Assembly (NCBI GenBank): GCA_049971295.1
Contig: JBMFLH010000003.1
Span: 4,362 to 60,481 of the forward strand
Origin: Candidatus Ratteibacteria bacterium
GTDB taxonomy: Bacteria > Ratteibacteria > UBA8468 > B48-G9 > DTJG01
Direction: 5' to 3'
Length of the DNA stretch: 56,120 nucleotides
Part shown: piece after piece, positions 35,748 through 45,957 of the stretch
How positions within the stretch are numbered: the stretch's first letter is position 1
How the letters are laid out: each line of letters starts with the position of its first letter
The notes under the pieces: generated by a model
What the model was told of the DNA's origin: nothing
What the model saw: only the letters and a program-made list of their open reading frames with translations
The model's database searches: none
Position numbers and translations under genes: made by a program

Positions 35748-37869
35748 TTTTCAAAAATGTTTTTTTATCTGGTGCGATTTCCACTGGAATTTTTTTGTTT
35801 TTGAAACAAAGATTTTTTCTCACCTTGCTTTTCCCATCATTATATAATGAAAGTATCACTTTGTCTTTTTTCACACTCGCTGATACACGAAGTTGATGTT
35901 TCAAACGAATATTCTCAAATCTGATGTTGTTTGTGATCATATCGTCGCTGAAAGAAGGGAAAAGATAGATATTGTTTTCATCTTCAGTCGCAAGCATTTC
36001 ACTGATTGCCCACAAAAATGTCCCGTGAGCAGAAACATACCAGTTTCTTGAAATCAGTCCATGGAGCCATATGTATTCTGCAAAACCACCAAAAGAATTT
36101 GTTGCTTTTATTGCGTTTTCCACAAATTTAAAAGCAAGTGTTTTTCTTTCTCTGGCAAGGAAAATCGCAGCCATCAGTTCAGCCCATGAAAAAATTCTAC
36201 ACCTCATCCTTGAAGAATGCCCCCATCCAAGACCTGATTTTTCTTTTACATCAGAAACATATTTTTTGAATGTCTTGATTTTATCAACAGATTCAATTTC
36301 ATCAAGAATTGTCAGGGCAAGTATCGAACCAATATTTAAATCTCCGTCCTCCCCATGTGAATATAAAATCCCGTTCCTTACATTTCTTTTTAGCGCCTGC
36401 AACAATCCCTTTCTGACAGTTTCATACTCAGAAATTTCAATGGATTGTCCGAGAATCTCTGCTGCCTTAATAATGTTTTCTATTCCCTTGATGATTAAAC
36501 TTGTTGTCCAGGTATCAGAAATTCTATCATAACTTGATTCATCCAGGGACTCGCAATATTTAACCCTTATTCCATCAGAACATTTTTCAACCCACGATGA
36601 TATAAGAAAATCTATGGTTTCCTTCATTACAAGGAAAATTTTCCTCAGGTAATCACTGTCCAGCGAATACTCATAATACTTCCAGCACGAAAGAGCAATG
36701 TCGCCATTGAAATGAATTTGATTAACCTTTAAGGCAGAACTATCCCAGCCATGAAAATCAACTGACCAGCCATAGTATGCGCCCTTGCCTCCAAGCTTAC
36801 TGGCATTTTCTCTTGCTTTTTCAAGTCCATAAAACCAAAATTCTGCAATTTTTCTTGCCTGCTCAATATGATTGGTGCGCAGCAGCCCCATCTGATCAAA
36901 AAAAGCATCCCAGTAAACAAGACAGCCGTGATTATTGGGAAAAAGCGCTGAAGGAATGATTGCGCCTGTTGGAAATTGAACTGCCTTAAGAAGATACTTA
37001 CTCAATTGAAACATGTAATCAATGTCCTTTGATATGTGAACGCTTGACGCACCACAGAATTGTTTCCATTCCGAAGTAAAACTACTGTAAATTTTTTCAA
37101 AAGTTTTTTGCCTGAATTCTTTTATTGGTTTAAAAACATCATTCTGGTAATTTTCGCTATCCATGTTGTCCATGACACAGACAATACAATAAAGTTTATC
37201 CTGTGGTTTTAAGTTTTTTACCTCAACAAAAACATTGCTTGAAAGATACGGAAAAACAGGCGTGTTACTATCAGTATTTTTATCAAAAAATTTTACTTTT
37301 GCTCCAGGCGGGGCAATCACATCCATCAACCCGATGCCCTGAAAACACATTTCTGACCTATTTCTGTAAAATGCCTTGATCAAACCATCTTCCACAGCAT
37401 ATCTGACAGGTTCTGAAAGAGTGTCTATCAGTTTTCTTGTATAGGTAACGCGGTTATCGTCAAGGGCAAAGCAGATAGAGCAGTCTTCAAAAAATTGATG
37501 AAAAGTAAATTCAAGAACAAAAAGGTGAGCGCCTGTAAGAAATGACAAAATTGTAAATGAAAATGGCTGGGCTGAAATCACAGAGGTTAAAACTCCACGC
37601 TGCGGGTCAAAAAATTGTTTTGAATCGTCTATCTCAACTGGTCCTGCATGAGAAATCAGACAGTACTTAACCCTTAGTAGTGGGAAAGGATCGGACTTTT
37701 GAGATGGTTTTCTATCGAGTTTGTACCAGTATGAAAAATTCCCCCCAATCTGGTCCTTAAAACTCATTGCACCAGACCAATCCACATACAACAAATCCAC
37801 ACCATTACCGAGGACGACAAAGCAATATTCTCGGTCAGGAAAATAACCAGGAACTTTAATATTATTCAC
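35734..37869 (-). CDS. hypothetical protein, probably an (alpha/alpha)6 six-hairpin glycosidase-like enzyme
   Basis: 711-aa ORF. The C-terminal ~400 aa are W/Y-rich and helical-repeat-like (AYYGWSVDFHGWDSS, WFYGLEKARENA, GFAEYIWLHG). Family not recognised. Confidence 0.4.
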   Translation of the reverse strand: MNNIKVPGYFPDREYCFVVLGNGVDLLYVDWSGAMSFKDQIGGNFSYWYKLDRKPSQKSDPFPLLRVKYCLISHAGPVEIDDSKQFFDPQRGVLTSVISAQPFSFTILSFLTGAHLFVLEFTFHQFFEDCSICFALDDNRVTYTRKLIDTLSEPVRYAVEDGLIKAFYRNRSEMCFQGIGLMDVIAPPGAKVKFFDKNTDSNTPVFPYLSSNVFVEVKNLKPQDKLYCIVCVMDNMDSENYQNDVFKPIKEFRQKTFEKIYSSFTSEWKQFCGASSVHISKDIDYMFQLSKYLLKAVQFPTGAIIPSALFPNNHGCLVYWDAFFDQMGLLRTNHIEQARKIAEFWFYGLEKARENASKLGGKGAYYGWSVDFHGWDSSALKVNQIHFNGDIALSCWKYYEYSLDSDYLRKIFLVMKETIDFLISSWVEKCSDGIRVKYCESLDESSYDRISDTWTTSLIIKGIENIIKAAEILGQSIEISEYETVRKGLLQALKRNVRNGILYSHGEDGDLNIGSILALTILDEIESVDKIKTFKKYVSDVKEKSGLGWGHSSRMRCRIFSWAELMAAIFLARERKTLAFKFVENAIKATNSFGGFAEYIWLHGLISRNWYVSAHGTFLWAISEMLATEDENNIYLFPSFSDDMITNNIRFENIRLKHQLRVSASVKKDKVILSLYNDGKSKVRKNLCFKNKKIPVEIAPDKKTFLKIDIR

Positions 37870-37879
37870 AGCAATTTAT

Positions 37880-38173
37880 TCACACAACAAAATCTATATC
37901 TGCAATTCCATCAGGTTCAACTCTGGCTTCAATAAACTGTTGCACAGGTTTATGAGCAGGATGCTCCATGTATGACTTGAAACTCTCAGTATCATCAAAT
38001 ACTACATGAAATAAAACATCAAAACTGTGCGGACCCTGAATTTGATTGACAAAAACCTCTGACATCCTGATTAACCTAATACTGTCCTGCAATGACTTCA
38101 ATTTCTTTGTAATTTCTGACAAATCCTTTTTGTACTCATTTTTAATTTTAAACATCACATAGTGCTGGTGCAT
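37880..38173 (-). CDS. Dabb (stress-responsive dimeric alpha/beta barrel) domain protein
   Basis: 97 aa: HYVMFKIK...DVLFHVVFDDTESFKSYMEHPAHKPVQQFI matches the Dabb pattern (H.v.fk...F.s.......Y..HP.H..f). Confidence 0.7.
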   Translation of the reverse strand: MHQHYVMFKIKNEYKKDLSEITKKLKSLQDSIRLIRMSEVFVNQIQGPHSFDVLFHVVFDDTESFKSYMEHPAHKPVQQFIEARVEPDGIADIDFVV

Positions 38174-38184
38174 AAGGCCTCCTA

Positions 38185-40080
38185 TTATAAAATTTCAGGC
38201 ATTTGAAATGGCTTACCCTCTTTCACCGCCTTTTTCGGAACATCCAATCTTTCTATTCTGAAATAAATTCCCCATGCCCTGCATTGATTTGAACCAAGCG
38301 CCACAACAACTTTGTGTTCACCTGCGTCAGCGTCAAACTTAACAATGGCTCTATCCTCCCATGCAGGATTTGTCCCTTCAGGGTCATGAAAAATTTCTTT
38401 GTCATCCATCCAGAGTTTTACAGGTCCATCATAACCAATGCAGACAGCGAGTTTCATTGATTCTGCAAGTTTTATCTTTTTTGAAAACCATATAATAAAG
38501 TCCTTGCCTTTATATTCAGCAAGTCTTTCATGCAGGTCGCAAAATCTTGATGGAAACTTTATTGAAGTCCAGTTAATATCTTTAGAATGCTCAATTTTCA
38601 GTCCATTCAATTTTGCGTCCACTGTTTCAGGAATTTCAACCGGATATGCAATATCCCATTCTGTAAACATTTCTGTTAACGCCCGATATTCTCCAAGTCG
38701 CACAGGTCCAAATACAGGAATTAATCTACCATGGGCATCCCTGATATTACAATACGGATCAAGACCATATCCATGGTAAACAGATTTTCCCTCTAAACCT
38801 GAAAGAGATAGATTCGTCCGTAAAATTACTGTATTGCCAGAAAGTTTTGTATCGAAAATAAAAGAACCGGGTTCAGGATCTCCGATACTGAAACCAGAAG
38901 GTCTTGTTCCATCTGGAAGAGTAAAAGATTTTGCAACATTTTTGAATTTCAACGCGATGTCAACACAATTATTTGGAGGCACTGGCTTCATCTGAATACT
39001 TTTTTCATCAAGTTCTATCGGTGGCTTTCCTTTTTTATTGATTCCCAATAGCACACTCATTGCATAGGCAAGCCGTTTGCCAAGAACATTCTGGTCCTTG
39101 CCGCTGATGTGAATTGTGTCGTCAAGAGAAAGGTCAACCGCAGGAACAATAGAAAAATTTCTTATTTTTTTCAAAAGACCGTACTGCTGATTTTGAATTG
39201 AATTCCAGTATTCACGACGAAATCCTGTGTTGATAAATCTTCCAAGTTGCACGGCAACAAATGGAAGAGAGGGATTTTTCAAATCCTTTCTGAAGGATGA
39301 AACAAGTTTTTTCATTCTCTCTGAGTATAGAGGACATGCCTCCTGCGTGGAGTCAGATTCTCCCTGATACCAGATAATACCTGATATTTTCCCGCCATTT
39401 TTTCTCACTCTTCTTAGTGTTGCCCCATACAAGGATTTTCCACCAAGACCTTTCAGGGAAGGATCCCACTGACTCATACTTGTTCCGCCATGGGCACAGG
39501 CAATAATTCCCTGCGGAATACCTGTCAGCCGAAACATCTCCTGAGCGAAAGATACAGCAGGTCCTGTTCCAACTATGGGTTTCACATTCTTACTCCTGAC
39601 AACTCCCAGTTCCACATGAACATCATCCACGCATTCCCATAGATTGTGAATGGGGTCTTTTGCAATGTCCCATCTATCATTCATATAAAATGCCCTGACC
39701 ATTGGATGCGGTTTTGCGGCATCTTTCAAAAACCCGCATCCCTGCATATTTGATTGACCTGCTGCCACCCAGACATATCCAACAAGAACATCTTTTACTC
39801 TGGTCTTTTCAGTAATTTTTCCACCTTTGTCCTGAATTACAATTTCTATTGTATATGCTCCGCCTGCCTGTAATCCTGAAAGAAACCCCTTGAAGGCTCT
39901 GTTTTTTGCACATCCAGCAACAACATTGTTGTATCCCTTAATAATGTGTCCTTTACCATCCTTCACAGTCACAATAACATTTCCCTCAGTATTGCACTGG
40001 CCTGAAAATTCAATGTCAGCAACCTTTTTACTATTTACCTGTAATACCATGCGGTCAAATAATCCTGTCTCCAATTTCAT
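38185..40080 (-). CDS. sialate O-acetylesterase-like SGNH hydrolase (DUF303 type) with extra beta-sandwich domains
   Basis: VWVAAGQSNMQG and GIIWYQGESD are the two signature blocks of the 9-O-acetylesterase/DUF303 family. Confidence 0.7.
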   Translation of the reverse strand: MKLETGLFDRMVLQVNSKKVADIEFSGQCNTEGNVIVTVKDGKGHIIKGYNNVVAGCAKNRAFKGFLSGLQAGGAYTIEIVIQDKGGKITEKTRVKDVLVGYVWVAAGQSNMQGCGFLKDAAKPHPMVRAFYMNDRWDIAKDPIHNLWECVDDVHVELGVVRSKNVKPIVGTGPAVSFAQEMFRLTGIPQGIIACAHGGTSMSQWDPSLKGLGGKSLYGATLRRVRKNGGKISGIIWYQGESDSTQEACPLYSERMKKLVSSFRKDLKNPSLPFVAVQLGRFINTGFRREYWNSIQNQQYGLLKKIRNFSIVPAVDLSLDDTIHISGKDQNVLGKRLAYAMSVLLGINKKGKPPIELDEKSIQMKPVPPNNCVDIALKFKNVAKSFTLPDGTRPSGFSIGDPEPGSFIFDTKLSGNTVILRTNLSLSGLEGKSVYHGYGLDPYCNIRDAHGRLIPVFGPVRLGEYRALTEMFTEWDIAYPVEIPETVDAKLNGLKIEHSKDINWTSIKFPSRFCDLHERLAEYKGKDFIIWFSKKIKLAESMKLAVCIGYDGPVKLWMDDKEIFHDPEGTNPAWEDRAIVKFDADAGEHKVVVALGSNQCRAWGIYFRIERLDVPKKAVKEGKPFQMPEIL

Positions 40081-40092
40081 TGTTTGCCCCTG

Positions 40093-42660
40093 TTATTTTT
40101 TCAAAAGAAGCACATCAACATCTTTAATGGAAATTTCGCAGGACACAAGTCCTTTATTCTGGGTGAATGGGATTTTTCCTGAAAGTACACTTTCAACTTC
40201 TCTGATTTTTTCAGCACACTGAATATCAAATCTTACCTTTTCCTTATCAGACCCTGACCAGTTCAACACTGTTACTGCCATTCCTTTTTCAGAAACAAGA
40301 GGCACTGCTTCAATCATTGGTTCGCTCACTGAAACAACCGGCTCTATTTGTGCCTTTTTTATAGGCATTAAAATACAACTTCTTATATCTGCCGAAAATC
40401 CGCATGGCAATTTGTTATAACCGGCTTTCCCTGATTCCATCTGGGAAAGAAAATAAGAACAACCTGGATAAAAGGCATAATGAATCACCCCACCCTTACC
40501 AGATGGCGTATAAACAATGGCAGGTGTTGAATCAGAAAATTTGGCAAGAATTTCTGAATTTTTTCTTGTTAAAATAATTTTCCCTTTTGCCCATGCTGCC
40601 TTGAATGAATTCTGTTCAATTTCAACTGTATCCACTGCTGAATCCTTCCACTTGGCCCACGAAAGAATAATTCTCGGATGGGGCTGCTCATCGATTTTCA
40701 TACCCAGCCACGAGTAAAAAGCATTTGTGGGTTCATCGTATCTATCTGCAGTAATTGCAGCATGTGTTGTAACAAGAATTCCGCCAGAGTTTACCCATTT
40801 TTGTAATGCTGAGATACATTCTGCTGGCAAATTTGGCGCAGTGATAAACAAGACCCTGTAATTTGCCATTAGCTTTGTATCCATAAGGTCAGTTTCATCA
40901 ACAAAATCTACTTGAATATTTGCGTGCATCAGTGCAAGATAAAGATTATATACTTCGGCCATATAAGATGTTGTAGCATGATTTTGATTCACATTTGTCG
41001 CATCAACAATACCTGAGGCGATTTCCATTTCCTTCTGGTCCCAGACAAGACTGCTCTGGGGAGTAAGAATGGCAACCTTTGAAATAAACGGTTTACCAGG
41101 ATACAAAAACTCTTCTGCCTTTGCTGTAATCGTTGATGCTCTCATAACACCCTTAATCACATTTGGATTCTCAGACCAGCAGTTGCCCGGGAAATTATAC
41201 TCAGGCCCAAAAACATAAAATTTGATAATTTTTCCACCGTGACCAAAAATCGTAAGCATCTTCTGAGTCACTCCATCACCAGCAGTCCTTCCAATCACAT
41301 AGCCACCAAATATCACATTACTTTTCCTCGCGGCGCTTTTTAATTTACTACAGTAAAATGACCACTGATATGCAAGGTTGTCTCCAAACCAGTCCTCTGT
41401 CCACATGCATGTGGAACCCCTTGCCCTTCCAAATTCAAGCCAGTCATGAGAACCCATTGCAGAATCAGGACTTTTTTTGTCAGGATTGTTGCCAAAAGGA
41501 CCTGGAAAATAGTATCTCCCAGCAAAAAAGTTCCAGTTTACAGTAATGGGAAGCCCTGGATAAAATGCTTCTTCAAGAGCTCTTGTCACCTTCGCAAAAA
41601 ATTCATTAGATACATAAGAGAAAAATCTGCACGACCAGTAATAAAGTTTTCTTGAAGGCAGGTCCTTGTTGGCAACACTCCTTCCAAGTGGTTTTACTTT
41701 ATCCCAGTCATTCCAACTTTTGAACCCAAAATCCTGTGGTTTGAGTCCCTGTGCTTTCAGATACGCATGAAATCTTTCAAGATTCCTTGGATTCTCATTG
41801 ACATACTTGAAAACTGAAGGAAAATACCATCCAGGTTCATCAGAAACAGCAAATTGTACCATATCTTTCACATCATAGCCAGCGTCGATATACGGCTTTG
41901 CTATTTGTTCAGCCCATTGTTTGATGGCTGTATCTGATGTTTGTTTTTCATCAAAATCAAAAGCATATCCAGGCGGGCAATACACAGCCCAGGAAATTTT
42001 CTTAATCTCGGTTTGGAGAAGAAGTTCCCTCAGTTTTTTGTCAGGAGGCATCAAAAGTGCATTAACTCCCAATCTTGACAAATTATCAAGACCCTGTTTC
42101 CACTCATAAAAATCAGTACTCCCACCAATAAACCTGTCAACGATAAGAAGTTTTTCTGGTCTTTTTACTTCTCCAATAGATTCTGCTGCTTTATTAATAT
42201 GGTCCCAGTACTTCTGGTTATATTGAGCCATTGTACCCATTTTCACAATACCATTTTCTTCCCATTGAAGAATACTTACAGTCATTGCCCCTGAATCATA
42301 GTGAAGCGCCTGTGAAGAATATTGCTTTCCGTCAACTTCATATTCCAAGGATATTTTTGTGTCAGAAACTGGCGGATTAATGCCTATACGGACAACAAGA
42401 GGATATCTTCCCATATAAAGATTTGGATATCCCTTTTTGATTGCATCAATATTCTCTGAATCTACCTTTGTCCATTCGCTCCAGGTATTTTTACCAACAA
42501 AAAAGTTAATTTTGCCAATCCCAACCTGAAATTTCTCTGCCTGCGAAGTTTGAGGCGGTTCAACTTTTATCCTGAAAGAAAATTCCCTGCCATATGAGAA
42601 TGCAAAGTTTGCAATCAAAAAAAGCCCTGTGAAAAGCGATATGATACTTCGTCTAATCAC
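40093..42660 (-). CDS. secreted GH42-like TIM-barrel protein, paralog of the C-terminal region of 21252..25859
   Basis: GTG start with AGGAGG upstream, overlapping the thi4 stop (GTGATTAG). Signal-like SLFTGLFLIANFAFS. Motifs SDEPGWYFP, MWTEDWFGDN and WVNSGGILV are shared with the 1535-aa protein. Confidence 0.55.
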   Translation of the reverse strand: MIRRSIISLFTGLFLIANFAFSYGREFSFRIKVEPPQTSQAEKFQVGIGKINFFVGKNTWSEWTKVDSENIDAIKKGYPNLYMGRYPLVVRIGINPPVSDTKISLEYEVDGKQYSSQALHYDSGAMTVSILQWEENGIVKMGTMAQYNQKYWDHINKAAESIGEVKRPEKLLIVDRFIGGSTDFYEWKQGLDNLSRLGVNALLMPPDKKLRELLLQTEIKKISWAVYCPPGYAFDFDEKQTSDTAIKQWAEQIAKPYIDAGYDVKDMVQFAVSDEPGWYFPSVFKYVNENPRNLERFHAYLKAQGLKPQDFGFKSWNDWDKVKPLGRSVANKDLPSRKLYYWSCRFFSYVSNEFFAKVTRALEEAFYPGLPITVNWNFFAGRYYFPGPFGNNPDKKSPDSAMGSHDWLEFGRARGSTCMWTEDWFGDNLAYQWSFYCSKLKSAARKSNVIFGGYVIGRTAGDGVTQKMLTIFGHGGKIIKFYVFGPEYNFPGNCWSENPNVIKGVMRASTITAKAEEFLYPGKPFISKVAILTPQSSLVWDQKEMEIASGIVDATNVNQNHATTSYMAEVYNLYLALMHANIQVDFVDETDLMDTKLMANYRVLFITAPNLPAECISALQKWVNSGGILVTTHAAITADRYDEPTNAFYSWLGMKIDEQPHPRIILSWAKWKDSAVDTVEIEQNSFKAAWAKGKIILTRKNSEILAKFSDSTPAIVYTPSGKGGVIHYAFYPGCSYFLSQMESGKAGYNKLPCGFSADIRSCILMPIKKAQIEPVVSVSEPMIEAVPLVSEKGMAVTVLNWSGSDKEKVRFDIQCAEKIREVESVLSGKIPFTQNKGLVSCEISIKDVDVLLLKK

Positions 42661-43441
42661 TCATTCCTCCTTGTTTTAGTTTTTTATCAATCAATTTCGC
42701 TGCCTTTTCTCCTGAAAGAAACATACCACCAAATACTGCGCCCATCCTTGGAGAACCAAAAACAGCATTCGCAGCCATTCCACAGACAAAAAGCCCTGGA
42801 TAAACCTCTTTTGTGTTTTCAATAATTTGATTCTCCCCTTTTTCAGCCCACATTGACTTTTCCCCTGACACAGCACCAGTGGAAGTTTTAAGATTCTGGC
42901 CAATTTTTCTTTCAACAATTCTGCATATCTCTGCATCATGACCTGTGGCATCAACAACAAAGTTTGATTTTATTGAAAGAGGGTCAACATGAAGTTTTGC
43001 CCACATTACAGAACTCCAGTTAATCACAATGCCACAAATCACATTTTCTCGTATCACCACATCCTCAACACTCATCAAATTGAATATTTTAACACCTGAC
43101 TTCATCGCACGATAGCATAGAGCAGATACAGTTTCAATGGAACTTGCCACATAAAGATCGTCATTAAATCTTCTTACAGTGATACCAAGTCCATCAAAAA
43201 TTCTCAAAACCTCCTTCTGAATTACGATGCTGTTAAACATCATTCCACCACCAGGCATTCCTCCACCTGCCCGTAAATGCCTTTCGAACACAGCAACCTT
43301 ATAGCCAGATTGAGCAAGCTTATATCCACACATCAATCCCGATGGGCCTGCTCCAACTATCGCAACATCAAGGGACAAACTATCAACAAAATTTTTTGTA
43401 AAATCTTCTATGATCGCTTTAGAAATATCAATTTCATCCAT
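42653..43441 (-). CDS. thi4: thiazole synthase Thi4, archaeal-type with His at the position of the yeast suicide Cys
   Basis: DVAIVGAGPSGL dinucleotide fold, GGGMPGGGMMFN and VVDATGHDAEI are closely colinear with my recollection of Methanocaldococcus Thi4. The start is placed at ATG 43441 (AAGGA RBS, 14 nt after the upstream stop) rather than TTG 43483. Confidence 0.8.
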   Translation of the reverse strand: MDEIDISKAIIEDFTKNFVDSLSLDVAIVGAGPSGLMCGYKLAQSGYKVAVFERHLRAGGGMPGGGMMFNSIVIQKEVLRIFDGLGITVRRFNDDLYVASSIETVSALCYRAMKSGVKIFNLMSVEDVVIRENVICGIVINWSSVMWAKLHVDPLSIKSNFVVDATGHDAEICRIVERKIGQNLKTSTGAVSGEKSMWAEKGENQIIENTKEVYPGLFVCGMAANAVFGSPRMGAVFGGMFLSGEKAAKLIDKKLKQGGMSD

Positions 43442-43454
43442 TGTCAATCCTTTT

Positions 43455-45944
43455 TTATTTTGAATCTTTTTCAACAACTTCAACAGGTAGCATTAATTCC
43501 CGGGCATTTCTTGCAAAACACGATGGGACTGTCATGAGAACGCAAACACCACTACCCTGCTGGATTTTCCATATTTTTCCATCTTCTCCTGGTTCCACAG
43601 GAATATTAAAATACGTATTCGCTCCAGTAAAGGAATGAACCTTTTTCCCTGAACCATTGATAACATTTCCTTCGCCTGTCACATAGCCACCGATAATTTT
43701 TGTTCCTTTCGGCACATAAAAAACAAAATTCCATCTTCCCATAAAATGAGGTTGTTTATCCAGCGAGGTAAAGATTGTTAAGGGCGTTCTGTCAAGAAAC
43801 TCAATCTTTGTGCCAGCCATTCTATCCTCAATCTCTATCCAGTGAAGTCCCTGATATTTTGTTTTGAGAATAACGATATGTTCGGTTTTATCTGGAACCA
43901 CAGATGCCTGGTCAATATAACTTGAAAATTCCTGTTCAGCGGGATACAGAAATACCTTTACATTTCCCCTATCCGAATAAATCAATCCTCCTGTGATTCT
44001 AAGTTTTATGTCAGCAGGCGCCTTTTCAACCCAGATGTAATAAGTATTTTTTCCTCTTGTTCCAAAAACCGGTGTATCGGCTGGAATCTGGTCTGTCAGG
44101 TTTAGTTTTGTTACTGGAACAAGTTTCATGGTATATGAAACCGGCTTAAAATCAACAAGATTGTTTGATGCTATTCCTTCATCAAGAATTTTCTGTATTT
44201 CGGCTTCTGAAAAGGGAGTGCTGTCTTTCCAGGTGTTTTTACCTTCAGGCACATTCCATTTTGCCTCTTCTGGAACCTTCACACTTTTATCCCTGCCTGG
44301 CAGGTCCCTGTATAATGCGAGACAATGCACCATCATAGTATCCTTAATTCTGTAAGCATGTCTGATCACATCTTCAAATGCCTGCTGACGTTTTTCTCCT
44401 TTTGATTCAGAATAAATCTTGAACAGTTCCACATATCGAGTGTAAAGAACCAGGTCATTGATTCTTGATTGAATGAGTGGGTCCTGCGTTTTTTTCTTTG
44501 CATCTGCAAGAATCCTGTACATCCTTCCTATTAAATCTTCTGTCAGAAGTGGTTTATTATCCCTGTCAATTAACTGATAAAATTCTTCTATCTTATCCTT
44601 TGCTGATCCAAACATTTTTTCGAAAAAGTCCTTCTTCAATTCATCCACTCTTTTTACCTCATTAACATCCCACAGCACCCTTGATGCGACATAATAGCCC
44701 AATCCATTAGGTCCCCAGTTATCACTTGATTCAGCAGAAAAAAATCTTGCGCCTTTTGAGTGGAAATCTGCTATGCTTTTTGCAAGAGATGTTACCCCTG
44801 ATGCCTTGGGAGAACCCGGTAAATCTCTATCCCATACATTTACTCCATAGTATTCTCTGATACCAATGGTGGCTCCTTTTTTTGCCCATCCTTCTATTAA
44901 CTGGTCAACCGTATATCCTCCCCTGATAAATGCTGTGGCAACACTGATAATCACATTCGGATGAACCTTAATATTCGGTGGTGGAGAATGCATGTTATAG
45001 GCATACATTCCCACATATTTATTTCCAAATTTCTTTGATATTGCATCCGCAACTTCATTGGCTAAAGTGAGTGCCCTGTCTGAAATACTTCCCATCTTTG
45101 CGCAATTTTCACACTCACACCAGCCGCCGCCATCACTTGGTTCCATTGAGATTGAATCAAGTTCAGGGTTTTCCTCAAATGCTTTTATTGCATAATCAAC
45201 AACAAGTTTTCTTAAGCCAGGGTTTGAAATGCAGAATTTTGACGACTTTCTTTCTCCGTTCACAAGACCAAGATATTCAGGATGCTTCTCGAATTCTGCT
45301 TTGTTTTTTGAAATAACGTGGTCATAGGCATGGCCTGTATTCAATGTAATGCTGGAAACTGCTCTGTTTTTCTTGCACCAGATATTATATGCTTTGACAT
45401 TTTCAGGCCAGGAGCCATAGCCATACCATATTCTTCTTGCGTAATAAGCAGGTTGTTCGATCTTATCAATGTTAATGGAAAGGGTTTCCTGTTTTGGAAT
45501 ATATTCCCATTTTGCAGGTGGGAAAAACTGCCTGTACCCAAGCAAATAAAGTAAATCCCATACTGCATCTTCAACTGCTGTATCTGTGGCTCCAATAACA
45601 TAGATACCATCCTTATGAGATCTTAAAATATATAATTCCCTTTTTGTCATATCCTTTGGGTCTGGCTTTTCCTTAAAACTAAGAGAAGGAAAATCCTCAA
45701 ACCTCCCTACTGATATGCCTTTTTCCCCATCGCCACTGATAACCCTGAACTTACAGTTTGAAATCTTTCCAAGATAGTCAGCAAGGTCTTCTGCTGCTTG
45801 CTTTACTCTGATCGTCGGAGTTTCTGGAATCACAATATCAGTCAATACCTGTCTGTTTTTTGCTATCTGAAAATCTGTTCCTGCAAAAGCCGATATTCCA
45901 AAAACAAATACTGTGATTAACACAAACAACGATATCCTTTTCAC
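43455..45944 (-). CDS. secreted DUF4838-like protein
   Basis: Signal peptide MKRISLFVLITVFVFGISAFA. Motifs AVEDAVWDLLYLLGYRQFFP and SMEPSDGGGWCECENC. It is colinear with the degraded copy at 30286..32801. Confidence 0.6.
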   Translation of the reverse strand: MKRISLFVLITVFVFGISAFAGTDFQIAKNRQVLTDIVIPETPTIRVKQAAEDLADYLGKISNCKFRVISGDGEKGISVGRFEDFPSLSFKEKPDPKDMTKRELYILRSHKDGIYVIGATDTAVEDAVWDLLYLLGYRQFFPPAKWEYIPKQETLSINIDKIEQPAYYARRIWYGYGSWPENVKAYNIWCKKNRAVSSITLNTGHAYDHVISKNKAEFEKHPEYLGLVNGERKSSKFCISNPGLRKLVVDYAIKAFEENPELDSISMEPSDGGGWCECENCAKMGSISDRALTLANEVADAISKKFGNKYVGMYAYNMHSPPPNIKVHPNVIISVATAFIRGGYTVDQLIEGWAKKGATIGIREYYGVNVWDRDLPGSPKASGVTSLAKSIADFHSKGARFFSAESSDNWGPNGLGYYVASRVLWDVNEVKRVDELKKDFFEKMFGSAKDKIEEFYQLIDRDNKPLLTEDLIGRMYRILADAKKKTQDPLIQSRINDLVLYTRYVELFKIYSESKGEKRQQAFEDVIRHAYRIKDTMMVHCLALYRDLPGRDKSVKVPEEAKWNVPEGKNTWKDSTPFSEAEIQKILDEGIASNNLVDFKPVSYTMKLVPVTKLNLTDQIPADTPVFGTRGKNTYYIWVEKAPADIKLRITGGLIYSDRGNVKVFLYPAEQEFSSYIDQASVVPDKTEHIVILKTKYQGLHWIEIEDRMAGTKIEFLDRTPLTIFTSLDKQPHFMGRWNFVFYVPKGTKIIGGYVTGEGNVINGSGKKVHSFTGANTYFNIPVEPGEDGKIWKIQQGSGVCVLMTVPSCFARNARELMLPVEVVEKDSK

Positions 45945-45957
45945 TGTGCCTTCTTTT

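Noticed and set aside
42653-43441. Reinterpreting the Thi4-like gene as a sugar oxidoreductase because of its operon context
   Set aside because: The sequence is colinear with bona fide archaeal Thi4 through the GGG...GGGM loop and the ATGHDAE active-site segment. Context alone does not justify a new function. It is kept as thi4, and the odd location is flagged.
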